Shown: positions 41,199 to 63,119, counted from the first letter of the stretch. The stretch: DNA of 64,000 nucleotides from Chrysomallon squamiferum (GCA_012295275.1 CM022672.1:32364001-32428000), one strand, 5' to 3'. Notes: a model not told the origin generated them from the sequence alone. Program-made: numbers and translations.

Positions 41199-42922
41199 TC
41201 TGTAGTCCATTTCTTTTTTTACTATTATTACTACTGTTACTACTAGTTTTAACTTACCACTGATTATTAAAGTAGTTGAAAGACAGGAACTATTACTACT
41301 ATTATTACTACTGTTAGTACTACCACTACTATTATTACTGCTGCTTCTGCTACTACTACTACTGCTATTGCTGCTACTAGTGCTAGTGCTACTGGTACTG
41401 GTACTGGTACTACTACTACTGCTACTACTACTACTACTACTACTACTAAATGCCTTTATACTAGTTTAACTTACTAGTAAAAAGCCATTACTAAAATGGT
41501 TGTAAGTCAGGAACTATTACTACTACTATTATTACTGTTACTACTGCCACTATTATTACTACTCTGCTACTACTACCACTACTGCTACTGTTACGACCTC
41601 TAATACTTCTACTATAACTGCTACTAGTACTACTACTACTACTAAATGCTTTTACTAGTTATTATTTACCAGTGATTATTAAAATGGTTGTAAGACAGTA
41701 ACTCATTTTCTCAGTCTTCACTAGATGTATTTCTTCAACCTAAAATAATCATTTAATTTTTATTATTATCATCATTATCGCTATCATCATCATCATCATT
41801 ATTATTATTATTATCATTATCACAATCATTATCATAACCATCAGCATCACCATTACCATCTTCATCATCATAATTATCATTACCATGTTAACATAATGTT
41901 GTTAAGATGTGTTTGTATACATTGTAAAATAATAATTTAAGTAGAAATTGCAGACATTGTTTTATCTAACTGATAAACAAAGAAACATGCACACGAAGAA
42001 ACCAAAGTATAAACAGATACAACTGTAAATAAAGAAAATAAATGCATTTTAAAATCAAACAAGTACATACTGTTTTTACTAGTGTTTTGACATATAGAAA
42101 GTAAAAAATTAATAATAAAATAATAATAATAAACACTTTCTTACCAGTTTGGTTTTTAGACAGCGAAAAAGCAGGTTATCTCCTACTAGTGTTTTCACGT
42201 GTAGATAGTAAGAAACAAAGTATTTGTTACCAGTGTTTTCACATGTAGATAGTAAAAAAAACAAAGTATTTGTTTCTAATGTTTTCACGTTAGATAGTAA
42301 AAAAACAAAGTATTTTTAACTAGTATTTTCACGTGTAGATAGTGAAAAAAAAGAAAAAAAGAAGAAGTCTTTCTTACCAGTTCTGATGTATAGATAGTAG
42401 TGATGATAAACATCTGTTCAGTTTATTTAATGGTATTTGTGCTGAATGTTTTGTTTACTTAGATCTGCTGTTGACAGCGACACTGTGTGTGTAAACCATT
42501 ATTGTACAGCGGCGGTTAAATCCAGTGATGTTTAATTCAGTGCTTTATTCTCGCCAAATCACATTTATTGGTTGCTGCGGGATGATAAAAGAAACTAATA
42601 TTCCTGTGTAAATTTTGATGAACAAAACCAGCTGTGTACATTCGGTTTTTATTTGTGCACAGATCACCGTTATTTCACCACTGTTAGCCTAAACATCCTT
42701 TCTTTATAACACGATATATATATGTATGTATGTATGCAGGTAATATGTATGTATGTGTATCTGTTATGATGTTTGTATATATATATGTTTGTATGTCTGC
42801 ATTATGTAGGTATATATATATATGTATGTGTGTTTGTGCATATACACACACACACACACATACACATACATTATCTAATTGCTGTTCACATACTAGGCTC
42901 AGAATGTATCATCATTGTAACT

Positions 42923-42989
<67 letters not shown>

Positions 42990-42996
42990 AGGGAGG

Positions 42997-43073
<77 letters not shown>

Positions 43074-43679
43074 TTGAAACATATGCGTACATCAGTGCTA
43101 CTTCACAAAGTGTTGTTATTAGTGTCCTGAATTTCAAAACAAATACATCAAGACTGCAGGCACACCAGCTTTGTAATGTATGGTACATGCATGTGGACAT
43201 CAGTTTGGTTCAGTATACGGAACCCCCTATAAACTTTACAAGCATTTTACATTATTATGTACATGTTTATATTTCCTAAAAGAAAATCATACAACTGATA
43301 TTATATTTTAATATATTTGATTATCATTTTCACTTAATGGTGCATAAGTAATTAAGAGGGTTGCCTAAGCTGTTACACTTTGACAAAATACTGTAGCTAC
43401 AAATTTAAATATCTAATGAATTATAACGGCCGTTGAAATTATACATATATGAGAGTTCAAAAAAATAAAATAAAATAAAATAAAATAATAAATAAATAAA
43501 TAAACAATAGTTATAATAGATAAAATATTTATTAATGTTTATTTGTTATTATTTATTATTAACTCGTCTTGTAAGATGTAATTTTGTTTTTGAGGAATTC
43601 ACGTATGACGTATAGTATATCACATGACGTCACATCTAGCCAAGCGTTAACACTGGTTTCATTAGATTGTTTTATTCAG

Positions 43680-49921
<6,242 letters not shown>

Positions 49922-51144
49922 CTAAACTTTGACAAAAACACGAACACTATTTTCTTAAATTTCTTTTTGACGTGTTCCTGTTCTGTTGCGTTTGTATTCA
50001 TATTTAAAATAAGAAGAATTGCCTCAGATATGATAAAAATTATTTCTTAATTTAAACGACAAGGGTAAATCAATAGCTACAATTCTGCAATGAAATAATA
50101 TTCATCAAAATTCACCAACACACACACACACACACACGCAGGTGTGCACACACACCAACACATGCATATGAACTAAAATATGTACGTCTGTTTTAGTCGT
50201 ATATTGTTTATCCTATATTTACGTCTGTTTTAGCTATGTATTGTTTATGCTATAGCTACGTCTGTTTTAGCTGTATTTTGTTTATCCTCTATCTATGTCT
50301 GTTTGAGATATGGACTGTTTATCCTATATTTACGTCTATTTTAGCTAAGTATTTTTTATCCTATTCTGTTTCTGTTTTAGCTGTATATTGTTTATCCTAT
50401 ATCTACATCTTTTAGTTGTATAATGTGTATCCTATATCTACGTCTGTTTTAGTTGTGTATTGGTTATCCAATATCCACGTCTGTTTTAGTCGGTTATTGT
50501 TTTTCCTGTATCTACATCTTGTAGTTGTTTAATGTGTATCCTATATATACGTCTGTTTTAGTCGTTGTATTGCTTATCTATAATAACTTTTCTTTAAAAG
50601 AAAATAAATGTAAAATGTATTGGATGAGTTTAATGATAAGAATTTAAAATCAGTTTTATTTTTGTAAAAATTCCTTTCCAAAAGTTGAGTTATAAGATAA
50701 AATTTTAATGTTAGGATATTATTTTATTAATAATGTTTTTGTTTAATTAGAACATATTTTATCATATTGTTGTAAAGAATGTTCTGACTAACGTTACGAT
50801 CAGGGTCAATGCTAGATGTAATTACCTATTTGTTTCAAGAGACTTATTATATCGAACTTTAAAAATGTTATGATCAATGTTAGGGTGGAATAAAATATAA
50901 AAGAGATAAAAGTCTTATTTTAAAAACTTAACTTGATAAAGTTTATATTTAGTGTTAAGAAGAAATTAACTTGCAAATGTATTAGAGGATTATATGATAA
51001 AATTTAAAATAACTTCTTTTTTTTTGATTTAAATTTATTTTTAAAATGTTGACTTGTTTTAAGATAAAATTATAGTTATGGTTAGGGTTACGATTGAGGT
51101 TAAGGTTATCTCTCTCTCTCTGTTATTATCAGTCTAAAGCTCTT

Positions 51145-51234
<90 letters not shown>

Positions 51235-51779
51235 GTATATTGGCAAAGTGTATGATGAGTGTTATTGCAATATTTATAATATGAAATAAAAAATTAACTT
51301 GATAATATATGTGATTAGTCTTAGGATAAAATAATTTGAAAAAGCCTTTGATTTTCAAAAAAGATAACATTGATTTAGAAATATACTAACTTGGTAAAGT
51401 TTATGATGAGTGCTAAAATAACTTTCATTTGAATAAATCTTTAATTTATTTATTGCAACAGAAAATGTATTCCTAGGTTTAGGGATATTTTTAGGGTTTG
51501 CGTTAAGGATAGTGTTAGGACTGTGATTTGTTTTAGGTTTAGAGTAAAAGTTAGTTTTAATTATCTAAATGCATCAACAGACTTTGCACGTAAAATGTAA
51601 TAAATTTATGATGAGTTTTATTACAAAATTTTAGTAACATTTTATTTAAAACAATATTATGGTCACTGTTAGTATAAAATTTAAAATAACTTATATTTAA
51701 AATAGAAAATAACTAGTTATTAATTATATCTGTAAAATGATTGTTTTGAATAAATATTTCTTTTAAACCCATGTGTTGT

Positions 51780-51920
<141 letters not shown>

Positions 51921-52323
51921 TTTAACAGTCATTTTTGTTATTGTTGTTAGTCTGGATTTTAGTATGAAACTGGTTTGTTTGAGAGATTTGTATAGTTTAA
52001 ATTTCTGCGAAGTGTGACGTCACAGTGTTGAATTTTAGCACTGTCACGGGCACAAGTTTCTGCTTATAAACACGTTTAGAAATTGGATAAGTATAAATAA
52101 ATAAATAAATAAATAAATAAGTAAATAAACATTTAAAACAAGTAATTAAAACGAATTCTGTAAATAAGTGTTTAGCTCAAACTAAAATTTGTAGGATCCA
52201 GAGAGCTTGTCAATAGATCTCTAGCGAGGATTCCAGTTTAATATCTAGTCAAGTTTGAAAATCATCAGTTTTTTTTTTTTTTTTCTCTATTGCTGTGCTA
52301 TTTTTGTTCTGTTTTATTTAATA

Positions 52324-52378
<55 letters not shown>

Positions 52379-52917
52379 GTTTTTTCTGTTCGTGTGTTTT
52401 ATGTTTTTTTTTTTTTTTTTTATTTTTTACTTTCAAATATCAATCTATCTATCTATTTATCTATCTATATATATTATTTAATCTATTTGTCTATTTAGTT
52501 CTTTTCACATTTTCTTTAAAAATAAGTACAAATTATCTTTATTTCAGTATTCAGTAATAAGAAAAAATGCATTTTATTTCTTATTTGACGTATGTATAAT
52601 AGAGCAACATAAACGAGAACAGCAACGATCTAAGAATAAAGCTGAAGAAGAATATCAATACAAATGATGATGATCATCATCATCATCATGACCATGATCA
52701 TAATAATGAAAACTAACAACATCAATAATATTACTAATAATAACAGTAAAAACTACAACAACGACGTCACTAGTAACATCAATTTTAATGATATTAAACA
52801 TCTATAAAAAAAACATATGTCGTCAAAAGCGAAAACTAATATGAGCCGGCAATAACTACAGAAATAATATTAAAATTAACACTGATGACAAATGCTAATT
52901 ACAGCAACATCAATATA

Positions 52918-52973
<56 letters not shown>

Positions 52974-53946
52974 TAATAATAATAATAATAATAATAATAA
53001 TCATCATCATCATCATCATCATCAACATCATCATCATAATCACATTTGAGAAAATACCAACCACTACAATAGTATCATTAGCAAAAACGACAACAAAGAT
53101 GGCAGCAGTTTTATTCTAACATTCCCATAAACTTTAACAGGTGTTGTTGTTGTTGTTGTTTTTAAATAAAAGCTTTTTGATCTTTTTTTTTAAGTATTAT
53201 ATGAAATGTCTCTCGAGATAAAAATATCAAATCTAACGCGAGCACTAACCATAACCTAATAATATCCCGAACACTACCAAACAACAATGACAGTCTTAAC
53301 CGTAATTTAGTAATGAAAAAGAAACCGTACAAAAGAAACACCATATTTCTTTCTTTCTTTCTTTCCTCTTTATTATTATTATTATTATTATTTATTTATC
53401 ATTTTTAACTTTACGCTAGAACGTTAGTTAGAATGATTTTTACGATAACCTTGACACAATGTCAGCAATTACAATTTACTCCAAAAAAATAAAAATAAAA
53501 ATAAAAAATGCTATTATTATTATTATTATTTTATTTAAATAAAATAAAATAATATAATATAATATCAATAAAAGAAACCAAATAAATTATGTAATATGTT
53601 TACATTCTAGTTTTAAACATTTTAATATAACTTTTATAATTAAAGTGTTTGAGATAAATTGTCAGCATCCAAAAATCGAAATGACGTCACTTGCCAGAAC
53701 TGCTTCTGAACTTTAAGATCATCACTATGAGCTGTGACAGCGAACGTAACAATCTGATCATTGCCATTTATTTATTTATAATAAGAAAAAAAAAAAAAAA
53801 AAAAAAAAGACACCTGCTAAAAGTGTGTTGTAAAGATCAATTAATTCATTATGGTTATTTTAATTTGTAGAATATTAAAATGTTTTACTGCATCAGAATT
53901 TGGAATTTTTGTATATATTACATATTTCCATTTTCTTTTTCTTCTT

Positions 53947-53977
<31 letters not shown>

Positions 53978-54358
53978 TTATTATTATTATTATTCCATAT
54001 AAACCAAAAATTAGAATCAGTTTTAACGTGTTTTTCAATCATTTGTCTGTTTTTGTTTAGCTAAACACGCGTACGCACATCGACAAAAGATTCGTAAATT
54101 CAAACGCATGCGAGCACACGCTGACGAGAAAAAAGACAGACAGCGTCAATCATCATAAAACAACGTGCTTCGCTGCCATGACTACTCGTTTATAGATCGT
54201 CCTAAATTCGACCCCAAGTTAATAAACTAGGCCATTTCCCCACTCCACGCCAACACCTAGTCCGAGTTTTCTCAGACGGACATTTAGGTGGATATCGGTG
54301 GTTCTCCGGCAGAGAACGGGTCTATATCATGTTTTTGTGTGTGAGTATGTGTGTGTGA

Positions 54359-54396
<38 letters not shown>

Positions 54397-55339
54397 GGTA
54401 AAGAAATGTTACGTTTGTTTCTTATTTGACATGTTTTAATCTTCATGTATTCATTCTTTGTTTGCTTTCAGGTTCTTGTAAATAACAGCTAACCAGTATT
54501 ATTAAAGATTAAAAAAAGAGATAACAACAACACAAAATAAAATAAAATAAAATAAAATAAGTGAATAAATAAGGGAAGAACATAATTTTGAAAAGAGTTA
54601 AATCAATAAAAAGAATAGAAAAAGAATAACATTTTCTTCAATGGACTATTGAAACAAGACTATTATTATTATTATTATTAAAAATAACAGTGGTAATTTT
54701 AGTTAAATTTAAATTTACAAACCATGAATATTTAAAATAAAAGTATAAAAGAATAGTTCACACATAAAGACAGTACAAGAGAATGAGAGATAGAAAAAAA
54801 GAATTATCAGAGAACGAAATCTACAAAAAGAAGATACAAAAAAGAAGAAAAAAGACAGATAGACAAAAATGGATTAAAATGGACTGACATAACAAGACAT
54901 GCAAACAGACCTAATTACAGACCGAGAAACACTAACAATAACTTCACAGAAGACAGAGAGAGACAGATAAATACATGCACGCCTTCATACATGATTATAC
55001 AACCAACCTGTGCATGCATGTTGACAGAAACACACATAACGCAACGGAAAGTAAGTCATTCGAACGAGTAACAACGGACTTGTAATAAATATTTATTCAT
55101 TCATTTTTTTGTGCATTAATAAATAATTAAAAACTCACATAAATAATAATAATAATAAAACTTGTTTTGTTAGTGACATCGTATCGTAGTTACTACTAAT
55201 ATTACTTTTCTGCTTCTCATTATTACTGAAAGCCTTTTTTACGGTACGTGTTTGTTCTACCATGTTATTATAATTTTAGTTATTATTGTTGTTGTCGTTA
55301 ATTTTTCCTTGTCCTTTCAGTATAAAGTATAATCTAGAT

Positions 55340-55599
55340 CACTGGTTTTCAACCTTTTTCATACCGCAACCCATACCGATGACCCCTTTAAAATGTTTGA
55401 TTCAATAATATCTAGGGTTACCATATTTTTTCGTCAACCAAAGACAGTACAGAAGGGATCTATATTCACTATGACGGGTCCCAAACCTATCTACACGTTT
55501 TTATTTATTCCTCCTTCCAAGTCAAGTTGAAAAAAACTAAAACATGCCTTCGCTCAAGAACAATGTCGCGACCCCGAGAAAAAAGGTTGAAAACGTATT
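55340..55599. mobile_element. hAT (Charlie/Buster-like) MITE, 260 bp
   Basis: Ends are cactggttttcaacc and ggttgaaaacgtatt. There is a perfect 8-bp TSD ATCTAGAT at 55332-55339 and 55600-55607, which fits the NTCTAGAN target preference. Confidence 0.85.
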
Positions 55600-55919
55600 A
55601 TCTAGATAAATGAAACCAACTTGAGTCTTCTATATTAATATTATCATCTGTAGTAGTTTTAGTATAGTTGTAGTATAGTAGTATTTATTCATTTTCTTAT
55701 TTCTGTCATTGCTGTGTTCGGTACTGTTAATGCTGTTCTTGTGGTTGTTGATCTTTTCCTTGTTAATATTATTATTAGTAGTTGTTGTAGTGTAGTAGTA
55801 GTAGTAATATTGATGCTACCATTGTTGCTCTATATGCATACTATTACGGTTACTTTTATGGTTAAAATCAGTGTTTGCTTAAAAATTAAATTATCTTAAT
55901 AAAAAATTATATTTCAAAT

Positions 55920-55983
<64 letters not shown>

Positions 55984-56018
55984 CAACAACAATAATAATA
56001 ATAATAATAATAATAATA

Positions 56019-56053
<35 letters not shown>

Positions 56054-56099
56054 ATTGTTAAATATGTCTAGACTTACGGAGATGGTAGGGTTAGGATCA

Positions 56100-56882
56100 G
56101 AATAAGTGTACGAATAAGTTAAATGTTTGGTTAAAAATACATTTGTGTGAATAAACATATTATTAAATAATTTATTTCTTTAAAACAATTTTAAAATTTA
56201 TTTTTAATCACGTGTAATGTTCGTCAGTGAATTAGCTCACTTATTTTGAAACTAAATTCATAACTTCCAAGCACCATCTGCATAAACAGAATTTAATTTT
56301 ATATATTGTCCTTTACCTGAGCCAAAAACGTCATATCTTTTGTGATCTATAACGACATTTCCTGCACTCTTGATAACATCACTTCCAGGATATCCAACAA
56401 CGTCGTTAAGTAATCAGACTGGTGCAAACATGGCGGTTATGTTTAAGCATTTGATTAATCAAAGTAAGTAATTATACTAGAAATGTTTAATGTACATGTA
56501 AATAGAGAAGCGATAATTTATTTTAGTTGCTTGCTCTTTCTCATCTTTTTATTTTATTTATTTGTTTAATCTTAGATGGAAAAAAACAGAAAACTTTCTA
56601 ATTCCGAGGTTGTCAAATGTTACCGAAGTTATTAAGTTATTCCAATTCGAAAAAATAGCTATGGTTAATATTATTAATACCTTAAAAGAACTCTGTCATA
56701 TTAAAATTGATGTTCATTGTAATCTTTTCTTAGATCATTATTTTTTAATTCACTACAAATGTACATAAGATATATAATTCTGAAATACTATGGTACAAAT
56801 AAATACGATTATAACATAATACAATAATATAAAAATACTGACTTACTTATAAACAGGTAAAAGACGACACATGCAGATTATA
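56100..56882. repeat. Inverted, diverged partner of 12110-12850
   Basis: Collinear reverse-complement similarity, roughly 75-80% by eye. Confidence 0.85.
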
Positions 56883-57446
56883 ATAAAACCAGTTGTTAAT
56901 AAATAAACCTAGTTAACTTTCCCTGCTGAACTCAAAGTTCCGATGCAGTCGAAGAAAACATCAGTTGAATAAACTTGCAGTCAAGCTGTTCAAACACTGC
57001 TTTTGGCATAATGTTTGTTTCTGTTTGTCTTACACTGAAGCTGCGTCTATTTGCCATATGGTCGTGCTGATATATGCACATCAAATGTTGCTTTCTCCTT
57101 GCATGATTTCATGTTAATGGTACCATTTAGTGCTGTTTATTCGAATATAATCGGTAAAATTTCAGTGACAGTCGAAAAAAAAAACGACTGAAAATAAAGA
57201 AAGTTAATAATCAAAATAAATGTTAATAATATAAACAAATATTTTTTGGTCTAAATGTATTTATTATTTAGAGTAAACACAAATTAGTGAAGATATAAAT
57301 TAGACTGAAAGAAAATTTAAGTTAGCTTTAACGTGTTTTCTAGTGCTTAGCTATTCTAGTTTCTTTCCTGTGCTTACAATAATCCTTATTCCATTTTCAA
57401 TAATATATTTATTTTTATTAGATATCGATCTTGATGAAGAATTTAA

Positions 57447-59328
57447 TATTCTATTATTCACTTAAGGGAAATGACTATAGTAAGTCATCATACAGAGTAA
57501 CTAAGAAAAAATCAACGAAAAATGATTAAAATGTAAACAATAAAACATTCCGTTTGAAAAAAAATATATATATATATATATATATATATTCTCCCAAAAA
57601 AGAAACGCAAAATGGTTGAATTCTTAGATAACTATTGCAAACTGACACATATCGATGGTACAAACTATATTCACATTTGGTGATTCAAACGTATAGCTAT
57701 TGTTACAGTCGCCAAAAAGCACGTAATACAAAATAAAGGCTATGATCGTGTTTATTAGCCAAAACGTCCCCGTATGCAAAACACGTTACCAGTGCATGTT
57801 CACGTGCGGCACATAAAACTTGAATACAAGGGTTACAAAAATGCAAGGTTGTCGAATACTTCTGTTCGTTATTTTTGTTCTGACCCAACATCAAACAAAT
57901 GCCACGACTGAGTGAACCGCAACGAATCAACGCCATCGGCCGTTTACAAGCTGGCGAATCCTTCTCGGCCGCAGCCCGGGTGTTCCATGTATCCACAAGC
58001 ACCATCTTGAGAATGTGGTATCAGTTCCAGCAACACCAAACAACTGGTGACCGTCCCAGATCAGTTAGACCACGTGTAACCACCAGGGCCCAGGACCGCT
58101 ACATACGGGTACTTCATCTACGGGAAAGAACCACCACGGCAACCTCTACTGTTTCAGCAATACCAGGTCTGCGTAGAATATTGGCTCAAACAGTGCGCAA
58201 TCGTTTACGCGAGGTAGGTATTCTAGCCAGTTTGGCCTGTAAGAAGAGTGGTTTTGACTCAACAACATCATTGACTACGACGTCACTGGTGTCAAGTGCA
58301 CAGAGTCTGGCCTCAGTTACGACGGAGAACTGTCTGGTTTAGTGACGAGCCTCGATTTCTGCTTTGTCGAGCTGATGGAAGATGTCGAGTTTACAGACGT
58401 CGTGGTGAACGTTTTGCTGCAAACTGCATACAGGAAGCGGACAGAGTTGGTGATGGTAGTGTGATGGTGTGGGCAGCAATCTCATACACTGGCAGGACCA
58501 ACCTGGTTCACATACAAGGCAACTTAACGGCACAGAGATACCGAGATGAAATTTTGCAGCCACATGTCGCACTAGTTATGAATAATGATAACGCTGAAAT
58601 CCAGCACGACAATGCGAGACCACATACAGCCAGACTCACTCCAGCGTACCTACACAACAATAACATTCACGTCCTGCCATGGCCCTCTAAATCTCCAGAT
58701 TTGAACCCTATAGAGCATTTATGGGACGATTTGGATAGACGACTGAGGCAGCATCAACCACAGGCACAGAATCGTGCTCAGTTGGCATTATTACTACAGA
58801 CAGAGTGGGCCACCATTCCACTCACAAGGTTAAATTCATAATGTCATTACTGCCATGGGAAGGAGATGTCAGGCAGTTCTGGACTCCCATGGTGAGCACA
58901 CAAGGTATTGATATTATACTGTTATAACCTTAAACTTTAACCTTTTCAATGTAATACCATCAACATTAATGAACTGCGAAAGTGTGTGTAAAATTTGAAC
59001 GTTCTGCTGATTTCTGTTCATCCATTAGATAGATATTCCCAACGTCAATAAAATCTACTTTTGCGTTCCTTTTTTGTTAAAGTGTATATATATTATATCT
59101 GCGGGATTAAATATTAATTCAACGCTTAATTTGGAAAAAAATAATGTATATATATATAGACAGACAGATAGACAAATAGACAGAAAAAAATAATATATAT
59201 ATATATTATTTTTTCTTTCAAACGGAATGTTTTATTGTTTATATTTTAATCATTTTTCATTGATTTTTTCTTAGTTACTCTGCATGATGACCTTCTATAG
59301 TCATTTCCGTTTTGTCAATAATAGAATA
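57447..59328. mobile_element. Small foldback/MITE (~120-bp arms at 57447-57565 and 59206-59328) interrupted by a Tc1 element
   Basis: ggaaatgactatag..agagtaactaagaaaaaatcaa..aaacaataaaacattccgtttgaaa is mirrored by tttcaaacggaatgttttattgttt..ttgattttttcttagttactct..ctatagtcatttcc. Confidence 0.8.
57589..59084 (+). mobile_element. Tc1-family (DD34E) transposon, ~1.5 kb, defective transposase at 57899-58911
   Basis: Paired-like HTH N-terminus (MPRLS..AIGRLQAG..RPRVTT), WFSDE, SVMVWAAI, QHDNARPH and WPSKSPDLNPIEHLW, with 34 residues between D and E. It has frameshifts and stops. Imperfect TIRs caaaaaagaaacgcaaaa / ttttgcgttccttttttg are flanked by TA runs. Confidence 0.95.
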
Positions 59329-59663
59329 TATATATATATATATATCGATTTTTAATGAAAAATAGAATATATTGTTCATATAAAGTTGTCGTTTTATTGA
59401 CGGAAGGGAAGTCACTCTAGTTTATAAGTAGGTGAACGGAACAGACGTTTAAAAATTAAATAAATTACGAAAGAGAGTACACAATGAAAAATGATGTCAA
59501 AAAACCTTCTAATCGGTCGGATTATCCCATTGTATTTTAAACCCACTATACAAGCTCAGTTTATAAACTATGTCATTTTTGTAAACTGAGATACTCTTCT
59601 TTTTCTTCTTTCATCTTCTTCTTTCATTCTTTTCTTAATGTTACTTAATATCATGAATATGTT

Positions 59664-59707
<44 letters not shown>

Positions 59708-59969
59708 GGTAAAATGAAGTTCATAATTAGATGGCTATACATAGATTTATAAATATTATATAATGATAATAATTTGGAAATGAATATATAAATAATATTT
59801 AAAAAAAATTATATTCTTCATTCAAACACACTGAGCAAGTAAACACTTGTGTTATCACATGAGACAGCTTATCAACTTATACAAGTAAATAAAATTATAT
59901 TTTTAATAATATTAATAATTCAAGTTGTTATGAACAAAAACAATTTATAGCCAAGATAATTACATTTTA

Positions 59970-60089
<120 letters not shown>

Positions 60090-60699
60090 CAAAATAATAA
60101 TAGTAATAGTAATAGTAATGGTAATAACAATGATTTGAGTTTTTCATCTTCATATGATCAAACACATTTTCTGTATTAGGATATGAAATAAAAGTATTAA
60201 ATATAATCCAGCCTGTAGGTTCTCTTGATTTAACCAAGTCTACGGTAGTCATGAGATACTTTTCTCATTCATTTTTATATTATTAACACATCTCGTAAAA
60301 TTATTTTATCATTGTAAGTTGGTTATGAACTTAATATTACAGCCTTTATATATATATATGTGTGTGGATGTTTTCATGTGTGTGTGTGATTATACTCATT
60401 TCATTCAATTTCATACAATTAACTGTATACACACGTATCTGTATGAAGATTTTTTGTGCATGTTTTCACATGTGTGTGTGATTATATTGATTTCATTTCA
60501 TTTCATTCAGTTCACTGTATACGTATTTACGTGTTTGAAGGTTTGTTTGTGCGTGTTTTCAATGTGTGTGTGATTACAAACATCCCCTGCTTCATCACCC
60601 CTATCATATATTGCTAAACTATCCATCTGTTTACATTGTAACTTCTGTTGCTTCGATTCTATTATTACGTTATCCAATTGATTTTTCAGGTGTTTGGGA

Positions 60700-62090
60700 T
60701 GGGGTCAAAAATATTGACAGCAGTAAACTTGATGTTGATTTTTGCTAGAGCATTACTGAAGTTAAGGCTGTCCTTGTCGTACTTAGTACAGTAGAAAAGA
60801 TAGTGTCTGATGTTCTCCAGTTTATGGCATTAGTCGCATTTGTGCTTTAGCCTGTGTTGGAGTCTATGTCTGAAGTCGTTTAGTCCAAAAGTTACTCCCA
60901 CTCTGAGGCGGGTTAAAGTTTCAGTTGTTTTGTTGTTGACTGAGAGGGGCTGGGAGAGTTTACTTTTTGCTTAATGATATAGTGTCATGGTCTAGTTCTG
61001 TTTTCTCAGTCTTTTTGCCAAGATTGTATTAGACTGTTGTACGCTATGGGACTTCTAGTGACTTTTTAGCGTTTTTGTCTGCTAGCTCGTTTCCAATAAC
61101 ACCCACATGTGCGGGTACCCACTCGAAGGTGACTTTGTGTCCTTTTTAAGTTGGCAATGTCGATGATCTCTTTAATGTGCTGGGAGCTGCTAAATTTGAG
61201 TTTGAACAGAGCTTCCAGTGAGTTGAGGGAGTCAGTCAGTATGATTTTTTGTGACATAACATTAAGTTAGGACCCATTTAAGTAATGTGAGGATAGCAAA
61301 TAGTTCCGTAGGCAGTCTACTTCTGTAGTTGAAGGGTGGGTCAGGTAGTTCCTGCCTGACATGCTGGTTCTTCCCGTGAGAGGGGCCATTGAGGCGTCCG
61401 TGTATATTCGAGTGTAGTCCGAGTAATGGTCATGTAAGGCTGCTTTACAGATTATATTTTTGAATGGGTCGTGTTCAGTTTTTGAGACTTCATGTCTAAA
61501 AGTTAATTGTACGTCTAGCTGTTTTACAGTCCACAGGGGTTCCAAGGGTAGGGGGTTATTTTCTAGTACTAAGTCCAGTAAATTCATGCTATTGGTGTCC
61601 TGTGTGTTATAATTAGTGATGATTTCATGTCGTTAATATATGGTAGGTTATTTGGGATTATTGAAGTTATAGGATGGGTGGGGATGAGATTTTTATTTTT
61701 GAACCAGTGTTTCAGAGACTGCTTGCTGCGCCTAATTTTGAGAGGAAGGATGTTTAGTTCCACAAATAGACTGTTAGTTGGTGTGCCTGGTGAGATCCTG
61801 GCAATAATGTGTAAAGCGTTATTGTATGTGGTCTCCAAGCAGTTGAGCTGCTATTCATATGGGATCCATACTGGAGTCTCGATACTATCCAGTTATGTTC
61901 AGTGTTATAGGAGGCCAGCATTCGGAGGTGATCGCTGTGGAGGTTGTTAAGGACTGTCCATTCACAGTTAGAGGCCATTCTTTCAGACACTGTTGTGATA
62001 TCAAGGCATGACCAGGTGTTGTGTGTGTCTCACAGGTATGTTGGCGTGCCATCGTATATACATGTGTGTTTGTTAAGGTCCCCATAGGTG
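60700..62090 (-). mobile_element. 5'-truncated non-LTR retrotransposon with RNase H and CCHC finger (I-group, Nimb/Ingi-like), decayed
   Basis: Across frames: SRLQYG and NALHIIA..TPTNSLFVELNILPL..RR (RT thumb region); IYTDAS, ILTDSLNSLEAL and FEWVPAHVGVIGNELADKNAK (RNase H); LTRLRVG and C..C...ENIRHYLFYC (zinc knuckle). Confidence 0.88.
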
Positions 62091-63119
62091 GTTTCTGCTA
62101 TTGAAATCACCCAGTATAATAGAATTATCGATGTATTTGGAGGAAATACTATTAATGTAGTGTTCAAATGTTATATTGATTTTGCCTGGTGTAGTTTATG
62201 TTTTCAGCCTGGCCATAGATTGTTATTACAACTGTCTCTATGTTGGGATAATCATTGGTTAGTGGGATGCGTGAGTAGGGATCTCACAGATGTGAACGTA
62301 AGAACAAAAAGAAATGTATTTAGGAAGAACTGTCATAACTTCATGGGCTACTCTTTCCAGTTAGCACCACTTTGCTAACGGCCCTTTTGTATTAGAAATA
62401 AAACATCGATGTATATATTTTGATGTTTAATTTTATGTTTATGACAATAGCGCGGCATTTGAAAGTTCGAAACATTGCCGTTTTTAGGTCGCTCTACGAC
62501 GAATTTAATAAAATAAAGCAAAATGTGCGTCATACGTATTTATTTAGACCTCTGAATTTGACACTTAATCCAAATGAGTGAATTCACTTAGGTATGAACA
62601 CGCTAATAATGATCTTGTTCATTTAGCAGCATAAAGGGCATAGCTTTTCAACGTGAGAGTTGCCTTTTTTCTGGGGGTCGCGAGATCGTTTTTTCAACTT
62701 GACTATGAAGGAGGAATAAGTAAAAATGTGTAGATAGGTTTGGGACCCGTCATAGTCAATATAGATTCCTTTTTTACTGTCTTTGGTTGATGAAAATATG
62801 GTAACCCTACATATTATTGAATCAAACATTTTAAAGGTAGTCATCGGTCATACTGAGTTGCGGTATGAAAAGGGCTGAAAACCAGTGGCATCGAGTTACT
62901 TTCCATTAGTCAAAGGGTTATTTGTCATACAGTTTATAACAACATAGGCCAAGGTTTGGTTCACACTTAATCCTCTGCCCGTTACCTGGATAAAAAAAAG
63001 GTATAATCCTACATTGTTGTATATTGTATGACTACAGGTAATAAATAAATGAAAGAGAGGCTTATAATTATTTATATATTTTATTTCATCCAGATAACTT
63101 GATCACTTAAATAAGTTTC

